Shown: positions 13,227 to 25,445 of the stretch, piece by piece | Layout: every line of letters starts with the position of its first letter | Numbering within the stretch: position 1 is the stretch's first letter | Source of the DNA: the human T2T-CHM13v2.0 reference genome, Homo sapiens | Length of the DNA stretch: 64,000 nt | NCBI RefSeq assembly: GCF_009914755.1 | Contig: NC_060935.1 | Direction: 5' to 3' (one strand) | Position numbers and translations under genes: made by a program | The notes under the pieces: generated by a model | What the model was told of the DNA's origin: nothing | Database searches by the model: none | The model's input: only the letters and a program-made list of their open reading frames with translations

Positions 13227-13499
13227 GTTGAAGAACTAGACAAATGTGAAAACCATAAATTTATCATAAAATGCCTTTATTCATATAAGATATTTTATCT
13301 GGCACCTGTTATTTCTCTTAATGTGACCCATTACAGTCATTTTGATTTACATATTTAATCTGAGTTTGTGGAAACTGTCTCTTTTGAGACAATTGGTTAA
13401 AGTATTTGGAGAATTAGTATACATTTCCCTCATTTTAGTCCATAAAAGTGGTTCTTTTTGCTTTCAAAATTATAACTGTTAAAAGAAGGAAAATACAAA

Positions 13500-13660
13500 T
13501 GTGTTATCCTATTTAACCTTTACAATGACTCAGTGAGGAAGATACTGTTCCCAGTTTACAGAACTGAGACACAGAGATTTTAAGTAAACTTGCCCAAGAT
13601 AGCTGAGCTCATAAATAGTGGAGCTAAGGTTTCAAAAAAGGAAGATAGACTCTGAAACTC
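13500..13660. mobile_element. MIR SINE
   Basis: aactgagacacagagattttaagtaaacttgcccaagatagc...agtggagctaaggtttcaaa. Confidence 0.65.
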
Positions 13661-13769
13661 AGGCCCTTAATTGCAAATAAAATGTTTTGGTAATTTTTAT
13701 TTTAATGTGTTAATATTAATGTACTTAAGGTATAATTCAAGCTCTGATTGTTTATGTTTATATTTCTAG

Positions 13770-13885
13770 CCATGCAAGTTTCTGCTAGATGCTGTGTTTG
13801 CTAAAGGAATGACTGTACGGCAATCAAAAGAGGAATTAATTCCTCAGCTCAGGGAGCAATGTGGTTTAGAGCTCAGTATTGACAG
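13770..13885 (+). CDS. USP47: USP47 coding exon ([23 protein letters not shown]...SIDR)
   Basis: ttctag|13770, CAG|gtaaag; 116 nt. Confidence 0.93.
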
Positions 13886-14244
13886 GTAAAGTAAAATTAA
13901 TGTCATCAGCGATTTGAAGAAAGACTATGTGGTCAGTTGAAATGGACTGGTATGATTTTCTAAAACTAGGAGAATTAAAATTTCCTGTGCTATTCAGAAT
14001 TTTAGTATGACAGATTAGTTTAATAGGACTAAACAAGAGTATTAAAATTTTGTTTGGATTTCCTATACAGAATTCTAAATTTGAATTACTGGAAACATTT
14101 CTTTATTTCCCCAGATTTTAACAACTCATTATTTGACTTTTGTATTTGAACATAGTTCATTTTTCTTTGGTGTCAGATTAGTGTCAATCTTTAAATTGAG
14201 AGTTTCAAATTATAGTCGTTTTAAATGTCTTATCACATTTGTAG

Positions 14245-14363
14245 GTTTCGTCTAAGGAAAAAAACATGGAAGAATCCTGGCACTGTCTTTTTGGATTATC
14301 ATATTTATGAAGAAGATATTAATATTTCCAGCAACTGGGAGGTTTTCCTTGAAGTTCTTGATG
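14245..14363 (+). CDS. USP47: USP47 coding exon ([23 protein letters not shown]...EVLD)
   Basis: gtag|14245, ATG|gtattt; 119 nt; overlaps ORF 14225..14410. Confidence 0.93.
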
Positions 14364-14874
14364 GTATTTTCAATATTTTTGGGGGGAGGTATCAGTTAGA
14401 AATACTCTAGAACTAATAGAAGCCTATAGTTTTTAATCAAATAATGAGTTACGAGGAATCTAATATACATTATAGTGTTTTGTGTTATATTAAGCATAAC
14501 GATATCCTTATTATGGATTGATGTGATTCCTACCTACGTCTTATCCTTGGGAGTTTTATTTTCTTCCCCTGTGTCCTAATGTAACTGCTTAAGTTGTTTT
14601 TGAAAGAATAATCAGTGTCTTTCAGCCTTCTGCTATCTTTCTCTGGTTCCCATTTGCCTTTTAAGTATTCTTTTTTTGAATGTTGAGAATATTAATTCCC
14701 CCTTATGAGGAAATTACAAAGTTAGGTTTTTAATACATTTTAAGAAAACTCTGCTAATATTTTCTTAGCCACGTTTGTTCTTTAGTTTCTTTTTTACTAT
14801 TATGGCTTATTTTGTATTGAAGACATGGTACTGATAATTTATCAGAGACTCAAGAACAATGACTATTTGTGTCC

Positions 14875-15279
14875 TAAGCCAGGTGGCTTAAAGAATAGAA
14901 GTGTATTGTCTCACAATCTGAGATCAGGCTGTCAACAGGGTTGGTTCCTTCTGAGTGCTGTGGGGGAGAATCTGTTCCATACTCTCTCCTAGCTTCTGTG
15001 GTTTTTGGCCATCATTGGCAACCTTGGCTTGTAGATACATCACCCCAGTCTCTGCCTTCATCTTCATGTGGTGTTCTTTCTGTGGGCTTGTCTGTCTGTA
15101 TTGTTTTCCCCTTTTTCATAAACCACTAGTCCTATTGTATTAGGGCCCACCCTGAAGACCTTATTTTACTTTGAGTATCACTGGAAAGACCCTATTTCCA
15201 AATAAGGTCACATTCTGAGGTACTAGGGATTAGGATTTCAAAATGTCTTTTTGTGGGGGGCACAATTCAACCCATAGCA
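14875..15279 (-). mobile_element. MaLR LTR (MLT1B/C-like)
   Basis: ccctatttccaaataaggtcacattctgaggtactaggg...cacaattcaacccatagca, the reverse complement of an MLT1 5' end. Confidence 0.8.
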
Positions 15280-16112
15280 GTGACCTTGAGGAGGTCCAAG
15301 TAGCAGACATACTTGTCACACCTCCCAGTTTTCGTTATCAACATTGGCACATTTAAAGTATTGGTGTTTGGAGGGAGGCTTATAGGAGGAAAGTTGGCTT
15401 TTAGAAGATCACATCAAGGTAAACAACTAGTTCTATATTCTTTTTTTGCTGTTGCTTAGGAAAATTTTAATTTTCCTTTTCTTCTGTAGAAAGTAAAATA
15501 TGAATTCTGGATATTTTGTTACAAGATTATCCTAGTTTTTAGAGAGCTCAATAATACTAACACCTCATGTATTTCAGGCTGCTTCAGGTCTAATTCAACC
15601 ATAAATTTAAATGGTTGAAATTCTGATTAATTGACAAGTTAAGTTGGGAGGTAAGGAACAACTAGGATACCATCTACTATGGTGTGTAGGCAAGTGCTCC
15701 AGATTGTGATTTCTTTGAGTATCTGGGGTCGTAGGGAATAATCACTGTGCCTGGGTAAGTCAGGAAGAGATCATAAATGACAAAGAAGTCACCCTTGTAA
15801 GGATTGAGTATGTATTAGCAGAGATGGATTCATCTGAAAATGGTACTAGATGGTGGGTGCCTGCATCAGTATTATTTCAGTATATTTTCACATCAAGATA
15901 GTTGAGTAAGAAATGTCATGTGATTAAATCCAAGAGGTATTTATTGACCTGTAATTTGCCAGACACTGCTAATCCCTTGTGCTACAAAAATGAGTAAGAA
16001 CCACTTATTGGTGCACACAGTCTGTGGAAGAAACAGAACTGCAAACCTGTCATTCTAAAATAATAGGTACTAAGGGACTGAATCAGTAGAAGTTCTTCTT
16101 GTGTACACCAGA

Positions 16113-16194
16113 GAAAAGTGACAATTGAGTTGATGCTTGAAAAGTGACAATTGAGTTGATGCTTGAAAAGTGACATAATGGAAAAGTGACAATT
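16113..16194. repeat. 26-bp tandem repeat (two exact copies plus two partial copies)
   Basis: gaaaagtgacaattgagttgatgctt x2, then gaaaagtgaca and gaaaagtgacaatt. Confidence 0.9.
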
Positions 16195-16621
16195 TTGAAG
16201 AATCACTAAATTGGGGAGTAAATGGAAAGAGAAGGATTAATAATAGCTTTAGTGAAAAAAGAGGATAAAGTGAAGTTGATTTGTTTATGATTTTAGATAG
16301 GGATAGGAGCCAATAGAGAAACAAAGATTGGAAATCCAGAGAAGAGAGTAATTGGTAATGCAGTGTTCAACAGGAGTCAGGAGGGAGTGGAATTAGGAGT
16401 ACTGGTTTGAAGAAGAGAGGAATTATCTTCTGAGACTGGAGAGAAGAGAGTAAATATTTCATTCTCAAAAACTCCTTGGGATAATTGGGTTTTTTCTTGT
16501 GCCCACTTTTTAAGAGTAACACTTGAAGTAAATCTTTTTGTTTAGTAAGGCACTAAGGGAAAAGTCAAATTATGAACCTTCAGAGGAAATAGAATGATGA
16601 CCTAATCTTGCATATTCTTAG

Positions 16622-16752
16622 GGGTAGAGAAGATGAAGTCCATGTCACAGCTTGCAGTTTTGTCAAGACGGTGGAAGCCTTCAGAGATGAAGTTGGATCC
16701 CTTCCAGGAGGTTGTATTGGAAAGCAGTAGTGTGGACGAATTGCGAGAGAAG
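16622..16752 (+). CDS. USP47: USP47 coding exon ([23 protein letters not shown]...ELREK)
   Basis: cttag|16622, AAG|gtaagt; 131 nt restores phase 0. Confidence 0.93.
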
Positions 16753-17079
16753 GTAAGTTCATTTTAAACAAAACATGTATCTTATGTTGTATATGTATAT
16801 CATAATATTAATAAAATATATAATATATAAACAATACATTCTTCCTGTGTTGCGTAAGAGAAAACCTAGGAAGTAGTACCAAACACTGGTGCAGCAACCT
16901 TTCTTTTTGGTTTCTGTCACACCTTGTGGCACACTCTGGTTGTTCAGGCTCCTGATTCTTTGAAAAATTACTTTGGCTCCTGGCCATTCAGAAGTGGATC
17001 CTCACTTTCTGTTACTTGGACCAATTTTGTCCTAAGTAGTTAGAATTAGTTAGAAGTTACTAGAGTGAATTGCTTTATG

Positions 17080-17848
17080 TCTAAAAAAAACCAAATGAAG
17101 TCGAATTGTGTAGAGAATCCAGATGAAGGTCTGTTTTGCATTTTAAGATGGGATATCTAAGGATCTCTGGGGAAAGGGTGAATTAGTCAATCTGTGGTAC
17201 TAGCACAATGAGCATTTTGAAAAAGATTTATTTCCATACTTCATACTAAACACAAAAATAAATTCTAAATGTATTAAGTTTATATATAAAAAAAGTAAAT
17301 GTACTAGGTGAAAATATGTAAAATATTAAATACTAAAAATATTTTCATATTCCTGGAAAAAGATATTTGTAAGCATAATACCAGAAGCCAAAAAAAGAAA
17401 CTATAGACCACGTAAAAACCTATCCTCTGCATAGCCAAAGAAAAAGGTATTTAAAAAGCAACTCATAAACAAAGCTAAAAGACAATAAACTAGGAGGAAA
17501 TTATTTGAAGCAGTTATTAAACATGCTGTCCATAATTTATAAGGAGCTACTACCTTAATAAGAAAAAGACGGAACAAATCTAATTTTAAGAAAGACAGCA
17601 TGAATAGGCAATTTATAGAAAAAGAAATACAAATTAAAGAATAACGTTATTTTTCACTCTTAAATTGGTGAAGATTTAGAAAATCAAAAAATACCTAGAG
17701 TTCTCAAGGTTTAGGGGATACAGACAATATATACCTTTGATAAGTGTATAAATTGATATGATTTTTTTCAAGTTCAGTTGGCATCATTTGTCAGTATTTC
17801 GGATTTGCAATTAAACATCTGGGAATTCGATCTATAGAAGTATTTGCA
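17080..17848 (+). mobile_element. Old L1M fragment, interrupted by the Alu pair and resuming at about 18356-18660
   Basis: A-rich L1 3'-like sequence (aaaataaattctaaatgtattaag; gcatgaataggcaatttatagaaaaagaaatacaaat). Confidence 0.55.
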
Positions 17849-18355
<507 letters not shown>

Positions 18356-18777
18356 GCGAGGATATTCATGGAAGTATACAGTAGAGCTTTGTAACTTGGA
18401 AAAACTGAAAACAGTCTCAGTGTCCATCAGTAGGAGATAAAATGTATATTGTTCGGTTATTGAAGAGAATGTGGTCACTTTGTATCCTATTCCTCTAGGA
18501 ACAGAATTATTATATAGAGATATTAATCCGATTTTACATGTTTTAGAAACGTGGGTGTAGTTTGTGTATGCATAGGAAAAGGTCTGGAAGGAATATACTA
18601 ACTTGGTATTTCTGGGACATGGTATTTGCAGGGTGGCCGCTTTCTGCTTTTTCTTAATTTTTTTACATGAAACATTTTTTAAACTGAGCTATTTCTGTTT
18701 GTGGGGTAAAAGGAAAATAACTTTTCTAAGCAAGTTAATTTTTTAAATGAACTCAAATAAAATGTTTTATTTTACAG

Positions 18778-18825
18778 CTTAGTGAAATCAGTGGGATTCC
18801 TTTGGATGATATTGAATTTGCTAAG
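18778..18825 (+). CDS. USP47: USP47 small coding exon (LSEISGIPLDDIEFAK)
   Basis: tttacag|18778, AAG|gtaaag; 48 nt. Confidence 0.92.
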
Positions 18826-18914
18826 GTAAAGCCCTGAGAATGTTGCATCTGTGTATTGTGCATGATAAACACAGCTAGTGGCATGATTTATTCATTCATT
18901 CTTTTTCTTTTTAG

Positions 18915-19045
18915 GGTAGAGGAACATTTCCCTGTGATATTTCTGTCCTTGATATTCATCAAGATTTAGACTGGAATCCTAAAGTTTCTACCCTGAATGT
19001 CTGGCCTCTTTATATCTGTGATGATGGTGCGGTCATATTTTATAG
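18915..19045 (+). CDS. USP47: USP47 penultimate coding exon ([22 protein letters not shown]...IFYR)
   Basis: Pyrimidine tract then ttag|18915, TAG|gtaac; 131 nt. Confidence 0.93.
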
Positions 19046-19144
19046 GTAACATTCACAATGTTTTTGTTGCTGTTAGTAATACATTTTTGGCGTGCATACA
19101 TATCTTATTTTCCATAAATATCTTTACTGTTTTTATGATATGGA

Positions 19145-19460
19145 GCGGCACTAACCGGTAGAAATACAGTGACAGCCAAACATGATTATAATTTGAAGTT
19201 TTCTAGTAGCCACATTAAAAACAATAAAAAGAAACAGGTGAAATTAATTTTAAAAATATTGTAAACCCAATATATCCAAAATATGATCATTACATGTCAT
19301 CAGTATAAAAAATCATTTGTATTTTGCATTTTTTTATTGTACTGAGTCTTAGAAATATTGTATGTCTGTTATATTTCCAGCACATCTCAATTTGAACCAG
19401 GCATATTTCACAAGCTCAATAGCCACATGTGGCTAATGGCTGTTGTATTGGACAGCACAG
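19145..19460. mobile_element. hAT-Charlie DNA transposon (MER33-like)
   Basis: ttttctagtagccacattaaaa...ctcaatagccacatgtggctaatggc...attggacagcacag. Confidence 0.75.
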
Positions 19461-19464
19461 ATGT

Positions 19465-19660
19465 AGAGGAAAAAGAATAGTCATTGGAGCCTCACAAATC
19501 TGGGTTCAAAACTAGCTTTCTGATTTACCTAGCTCCTCATCTATAAAATTGCAACAATGATGTCTACCTTGCAGGATTTTATGAGAATTAGAGCTGTTGC
19601 ATGTAAAATAACTGGCACAGTGCCTATTATAGATGTTCAATAATGATAGCTGTTACTACT
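19465..19660. mobile_element. MIR SINE
   Basis: ctgggttcaaa...cctcatctataaaat...ggcacagtgcct. Confidence 0.6.
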
Positions 19661-19881
19661 GCTAATAACATGGAAGTTATTCTCCGCCACTTTTAGAAGT
19701 AAGCAATATGTTCCTGTGATTAACACCTTAGAAATCTGGGACATCTCAGTATATAAAATAATATTACTTCACCAGTAACAGATTTCATTATCTTGCTGAG
19801 GAGCATCATAGCATTCAAGCATACATTAATAGAGGTGGAGGGCTCTACTGGACTAATATGTGATTAATATTTTATATGTAG

Positions 19882-20056
19882 GGATAAAACAGAAGAATTA
19901 ATGGAATTGACAGATGAGCAAAGAAATGAACTGATGAAAAAAGAAAGCAGTCGACTCCAGAAGACTGGACATCGTGTAACATACTCACCTCGTAAAGAGA
20001 AAGCACTAAAAATATATCTGGATGGAGCACCAAATAAAGATCTGACTCAAGACTGA
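19882..20056 (+). CDS. USP47: USP47 last coding exon ([22 protein letters not shown]...KDLTQD*)
   Basis: gtag|19882; TGA at 20054-20056; total coding length in window is 2199 nt (733 codons including stop). Confidence 0.95.
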
Positions 20057-20694
20057 CTCTGATAGTGTAGCATTTTCCCTGGGGGAGTTTTGGTTTTAAT
20101 TAGATGGTTCACTACCACTGGGTAGTGCCATTTTGGCCGGACATGGTTGGGGTAACCCAGTGACACCAGCACTGATTGGACTGCCCTACACCAATCAGAA
20201 GCTCAGTGCCCAATGGGCCACTGTTTTGACTCGGAATCATGTTGTGCACTATAGTCAAATGTACTGTAAAGTGAAAAGGGATGTGCAAAAAAATAAAAAA
20301 AAACAACAAAAAAAGCTAACCTTCTATTAGAAAAGGGGACAGGGGAATGAGTAAACTTCTTTTATTGCGGACAAATGTGCACATAGCCGCTAGTAAAACT
20401 AGCCTCAAACAGGATGCTCATAGCTTAATAATAAAAGCTGTGCAAAGGCCATGAATGAATGAATTTTCTGTTTATTTCACTGATGCACACATTACCTCAT
20501 TGACAATTCAGAAGTAAATCCAACGTGTGTTGACTCTTGGAAAGCAGCAAAAACAGGAGCTGAAGAAAAGAAATTCTTGGAACCAGCCGTAACCCAGTAA
20601 GGAATTGTGAAGTTGTGTTTTTATTTTGTTTCATTTTTTGCAGAGTATTAAGAACATTATTCTGGAACATCAGAACGTTTCCCTTAGACCGATC

Positions 20695-20708
20695 CCAGCA
20701 GGTGGCAG
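20695..20708 (+). promoter_or_regulatory. CTCF-like core motif CCAGCAGGTGGCAG
   Basis: Close match to the CCASYAGRKGGCRS consensus. Confidence 0.45.
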
Positions 20709-21249
20709 CTCAGATTGCTGCAGTGTTGTAATTATAACTGATTGTACTTAAGTTATGGATGTAGAGAATATGTTTCATTCATTTATTCAGCATGTAAATA
20801 AAATTGATCCTGTTGAGTTATCATAATTGCAGTTCAACTATCTGCCATGATTATTCTTTTCACGTATCATTCATTCTGTACATTTGTGTACATTGAGAAG
20901 TATAGCAATCTATGTAAATGTAATCCTCAGTGAGGTTCCTCAGTGCTAGGTCCCATAGGATTGTCGTTGCCCTTGTTAATGAGGTTTCTCTGTTCAGCGG
21001 CTTCAATTTTTTTCTCTTTGTACATCTAGTTTTGAAGATTTACTTCAAGTTTGAATCTTCTAGAATGCTTGTAAGTCCAGTTTTAATTTTTAGAGTCAAT
21101 TTGTAGTTACATGTAGTTTAACTTTTGGGAAACGTCTTAACATTGTTCTGAATAAACTTGCTAATGAGGTCAGGTCATGGTACAGACTGATGCAGTCAAC
21201 ATGATTTCATTGCAGAGTTTATTAGTATCAGCAAGTTTTTGCTTTGCTA

Positions 21250-21382
21250 AATAAAAGTACTCAATGAACACAATTCTACATAAATTTTGACATACCATCT
21301 AATTTATAAAAATCAATAAAAAAGGTTTTGGTAAAACTTTTTCATGCCAGATGCTGTTTACAACAATGAACATGCCAATAAA
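21250..21382 (+). terminator. Cluster of three AATAAA poly(A) signals (proximal USP47 poly(A) region)
   Basis: AATAAA at 21250, 21315 and 21377, followed by U/GU-rich gttcattctgttgtgttatttt. Confidence 0.6.
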
Positions 21383-23185
21383 ACATTTGTTCATTCTGTT
21401 GTGTTATTTTAGTCATTAAACTTCTGTGGATGAAGAATCTGGGTTAAGAATAGATTTGTCATCTTTAAATATGACATTTTGTAATGTGTATTGGATATCT
21501 CATTTCTATGATAAAGGTATATTTACAGTAAAGTTCTCATAAGAGAAATGAAAAGCTGTGTTAATATCTAACTTTGGGGAACCCTGTCAGTATTTCAGAT
21601 CCGATTTTTACCCTTTTTTTCTTATAAGAAAGATAAAATTAGAAAATACTGTTAGCAAATGTGGCTCTGCCATTTGAATATAATCACCGAGAATTCCATG
21701 TCTTAAAAGTCTCCTGGAATCCACAATGAAAAAAAAAATCTTTTCTAAGGTATTTTTCTGGCTAATTTTTATTTGAAGAAAGCTATAGCATTTAGCGAAA
21801 TTTGACTGAAGTAATGTTCTGAGTTTGCATTAGTGGGATTGGTGATGTTCTCAGAAGAAAATTGGAAACACTTGTGATGAATTGTCTTTCAGATCACTTA
21901 GATTTTCTGATGTAAGAGGACAGCTATTTGGTTCTGATACAGGCCTGCTTACTTGGGATGTAGGGTTAGTAAATGGGGTTTCTGCTTTAAAGGACTGACT
22001 TGCTATCGCACAAAAGAGGCAGACTTGTAAACACAATGGGCTTTGGAGTTTGGTCTGATTGGGTTTGGTTTAGTATTCCTATGAGCGTAAATGGTAAAAT
22101 TCTTCTGATACCCACTCTTTAGACTGTGCCTTCTGCTCTGTTCTTTGTTTTATGTTTAACTGCTGTTTCTAATTGCAGGTGTATTACAGATACAAATAAG
22201 AGTAAAGAAAATATATTTCATTATAGAAAAGAAAAAATTAAAAGCTTCTTGCTTTTCAGTGCCTGATAGAGTGAAAACACAAAGTTGCACTTTAATAATT
22301 TCAATAAAAGCTAATCTGTGTCAGCCTCCCTCTGCTTCAGAGAGTCAGGTGAGCATCCATAACCTAACAGGCAGAGCCCTAGCGATGTGGATCAAGTTTC
22401 CTGAGCCCGGGGGCGGTGGAGCCTCATGATCTCTTATCTTTTGAGGCTGAGGCAGGTCACATGCAACAAATTGTGACCCTGCTCCCCACAAGTCATGCAA
22501 AGGTTTTGAAGAGCTTTTACCGTGGGGCAGATGAACTTGTGTCAACCATGCACACCCTGTGAGAACCAAGTACCTGTGTTTCTAAGGCGGGCACTCAAGG
22601 TGAGGGGTGCATTCTGGCCAAAGAAACAAAAGCTGTGGTTTCAGGACCATGCCGTGTGTAGCTGATCTGTACGGGACGTGTATGTAAGGAAGAGCAATCA
22701 TGATAGATAAGAACAGTGTGTGAAGCAGCCCTCACACTAGAGTGTTTGGTCATCTCTTATAATGTAAGGGAAGGTACTTTAAAATTCTGGGAAGATGCGA
22801 TGAACTCATGTCCCAGTCAGAAAATAATCCAATGAAATAAGCATTGGTTGCCAGGCCACAGTTAGGAATTGTATTGTGATACATCTAGAGGCCAAGAGAG
22901 CAGGAGAGAGCTACCAACTTACACTGTGGTTTAAGCTAAATGACCGCACAGCATCATAGCATTGCAGTGTTGTTACTAAATCTGGAAGTGACCTGTGAAT
23001 GTATGGAATACAATAAAGTCTTTTATTCTGGTTCATTTGCTAGTACTTCCTTTTTGATTGGATACTGTAGTTCTTCCTCTGGATTTTATTTTGTTCAGCG
23101 TCAAGGCCCTAATTTTGCAAATGTAGTCTAAACCACATTACGTGGACTAGAGGATACTCTGAATTAGCAAGTTTTTTGTTTGCTG

Positions 23186-23191
23186 AATAAA
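23186..23191 (+). terminator. Candidate distal USP47 poly(A) signal
   Basis: AATAAA followed by a CA and tctgtgtaattttt downstream. Confidence 0.55.
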
Positions 23192-25029
23192 ACTATTCCA
23201 TCTTAACAATTCTGTGTAATTTTTGAAAAACATCAACATTTTGGTCACTAGTAGTCAAAATCTTATAAGGCCATATGTCCTGAAAGGCAAAACTCTGTGT
23301 ATGTGCGATTTACCAGGGAGATAGTAGGACAGTTTTTATGAGGGTTTCAAAGGAGTTCATGGCCCAAATGAAGCTTGTGGCCACCTAGGTTTAGTGTACA
23401 TGAAATTGGAAGATGCTTCTTGATTGTAGTTCCCATGGGGAAGAGGGAGGCTGTGATCATTTGGTTAGATACAGCATTAATTGTCACAACTTGACTTTCA
23501 GAAACAAGAATACTGCACAAACTCAAGCATGCATTGGAGCATGTGTTACTATTTAGAAAAGAGTGCAGCCATCAGTAGGTCAAGCTAGGAGGGCAAAAGA
23601 GAGTTGAGAGGAATGCTCTGCCCCTTCCCCATCACAGCACTGCCCCTTTCCACCTCCTCACCAGCTCACCTGTACAAGAGAATTGATCTCAACTGAGTGT
23701 CAGCTCACCAGGTCAGAAATTGTTATTGGACCCTAAAACCTTGCCTCACAGGTGGGCACCAAGCTCCCCTTCCCTCTGCTTTCCATGTTTCCCACCTGCC
23801 CTCTCCCCACCTGTTTTCAGCCTCTTTTATAATGCTTAAGTAACCTGCTTGAAGAGTATAATTTATGGAGATAAAAATACTCAATGCTTACATTTTTTTC
23901 ATAACTGTGCCAATTGTTTTGTCAAATGCAGTTACCCACTGGGCAGTGGGCTTATCAAGTGCTCAGTGCAATCCTGTGACTTTTAAGTCATTTTGCATTA
24001 TTAAGACAATCTTATCTTAAAGTTCAGTGGTTTCATTCAAAGCTCCCCTGAACCTCCATAGTGCCTCCAAGATGTGCTGTCCCTGCCAACTCCTGCACCA
24101 GCTTGACTGGTGGTGGAAGAGGCCAGGAAGAGCGGGGGGAAGACATGTGCTAACCACTTCTTAGCAATGAGGCTGGTAAGGTTACTGTCCCCTTGTGCCT
24201 GGTCACTAGTAACTTTTTTGTAGACATGAAGGTAGATGCCCTGCAGGTCCTATCAGCAAAGGACCCAACTCCTAACAGCATTGGTGCTCCCTCATGAAAT
24301 TTGACAGTGTCTTTTGCCAACCTCCTGCTGGCAGACACTTCTCTGCAGTGAATACCACTATCCCATGCTGCACTAGTCCCTACCAAGTCTTCAACCCTCA
24401 ATTTGATCTTCCATGAGTGTCTCAAAAAGTTCCCCTCAGAAGTTTCAGCCAAGGGAATAAAATCTAACCTCTCCTCCCTCAACGGAGTGTCAGGGAGGGG
24501 AAGAATCTGTTTTCCAAACACCACAATCTCCCAAAAGGGGATTTCACCCTCCCTTGGTCATCTTTATACAGGGCAATTGTGCTGCTGCTGCTGAGGTGGC
24601 CACTTTCAGCAAGCCCTGTGTGCAGGGGCCTAGCTGCATTTAGAAACCAAGCATAGCTATCAAAAAGTAATCTCCAAATAGTTGAATTGCATTTCTTGAG
24701 TATCTGGAGAGGATGTGCAGACCACAGGAATACCTAATGCCTTTTTTCTCTTCCTGTCTTTGTCCCTCACACTACAGCAGGCCCCTCCCTTCCCTCTTCA
24801 ACCTCATCCTCCCTCCCCACAGGCCCAGAGAACCAGTTGGGCTTTGTTCTCCTGCAGGCTATGGTTCATCATGCAAATAGCTCCTGTGTCAGAAATGCTT
24901 TTTGGCTTCAAATAACAGAAAAGCTAACACCAGCTTTATCAATAATAATATCGGTGGTTTACTTAAGGTGTCCAGAGATGGTGGAGAACAGGATTGGTTT
25001 CCTCCTCAATGTCAAGGACTCAAAGACTC

Positions 25030-25445
25030 TTTCTGTGGTAGGGCCACATCCTAAACCCTGTATCCTGTGATTATTTACCTGACAGGGCAAAAGAGATTTT
25101 GCAGATGCAATTAAGGTTAAGGACCTTGACGTGGGAAGATTGTGATTATTTACCTGACAGGGCAAAAGAGATTTTGCAGATGCAATTAAGGTTAAGGACC
25201 TTGACGTGGGAAGATTATTCTGGATTATCTAGGTGGGCGCAATTTGATCACATGGGTCCCCAGAAGTGGAGAACCTTTCCCACCTGTAGAAAGCCAGAGA
25301 GCTGGCACCTGAGAAGGACAGAACTGTCATTGCAGGATTTGAAGATGAAGGGGCCCATGAGCCAAGGAATGCCAGTGACCTATAGAGGCTAAAAAACAGC
25401 AAGGAAATGGACTCTCCCCAGAGCCTCCAGAGGAATGCAGCCCTG
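25030..25445 (+). mobile_element. MaLR LTR (MLT1D-like) containing a 75-bp tandem duplication
   Basis: ttttgcagatgcaattaaggttaaggaccttga; ggattatctaggtggg; cagagcctccagaggaatgcagccctg. Confidence 0.8.
25066..25215. repeat. Perfect 75-bp tandem duplication
   Basis: 25066-25140 is identical to 25141-25215. Confidence 0.95.

Larger units (their letters stand above)
20057..23206 (+). other. USP47: USP47 3'UTR (3' end approximate; multiple poly(A) sites)
   Basis: Follows the stop codon; AT-rich and repeat-poor; AATAAA at 20430, 20797, 21151, 21250, 21315, 21377, 22303, 23012 and 23186. Confidence 0.7.

Noticed and set aside
16113-16194. CRISPR-like repeat-spacer pattern
   Set aside because: Eukaryotic intron with head-to-tail repeats, no unique spacers and no cas genes.
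20054-20065. USP47 stop context TGA CTC TGA TAG as programmed readthrough or selenocysteine insertion
   Set aside because: Not the TGA-CTAG motif, readthrough would add only a few residues, and I could not find a SECIS-like element; stacked backup stops are common.
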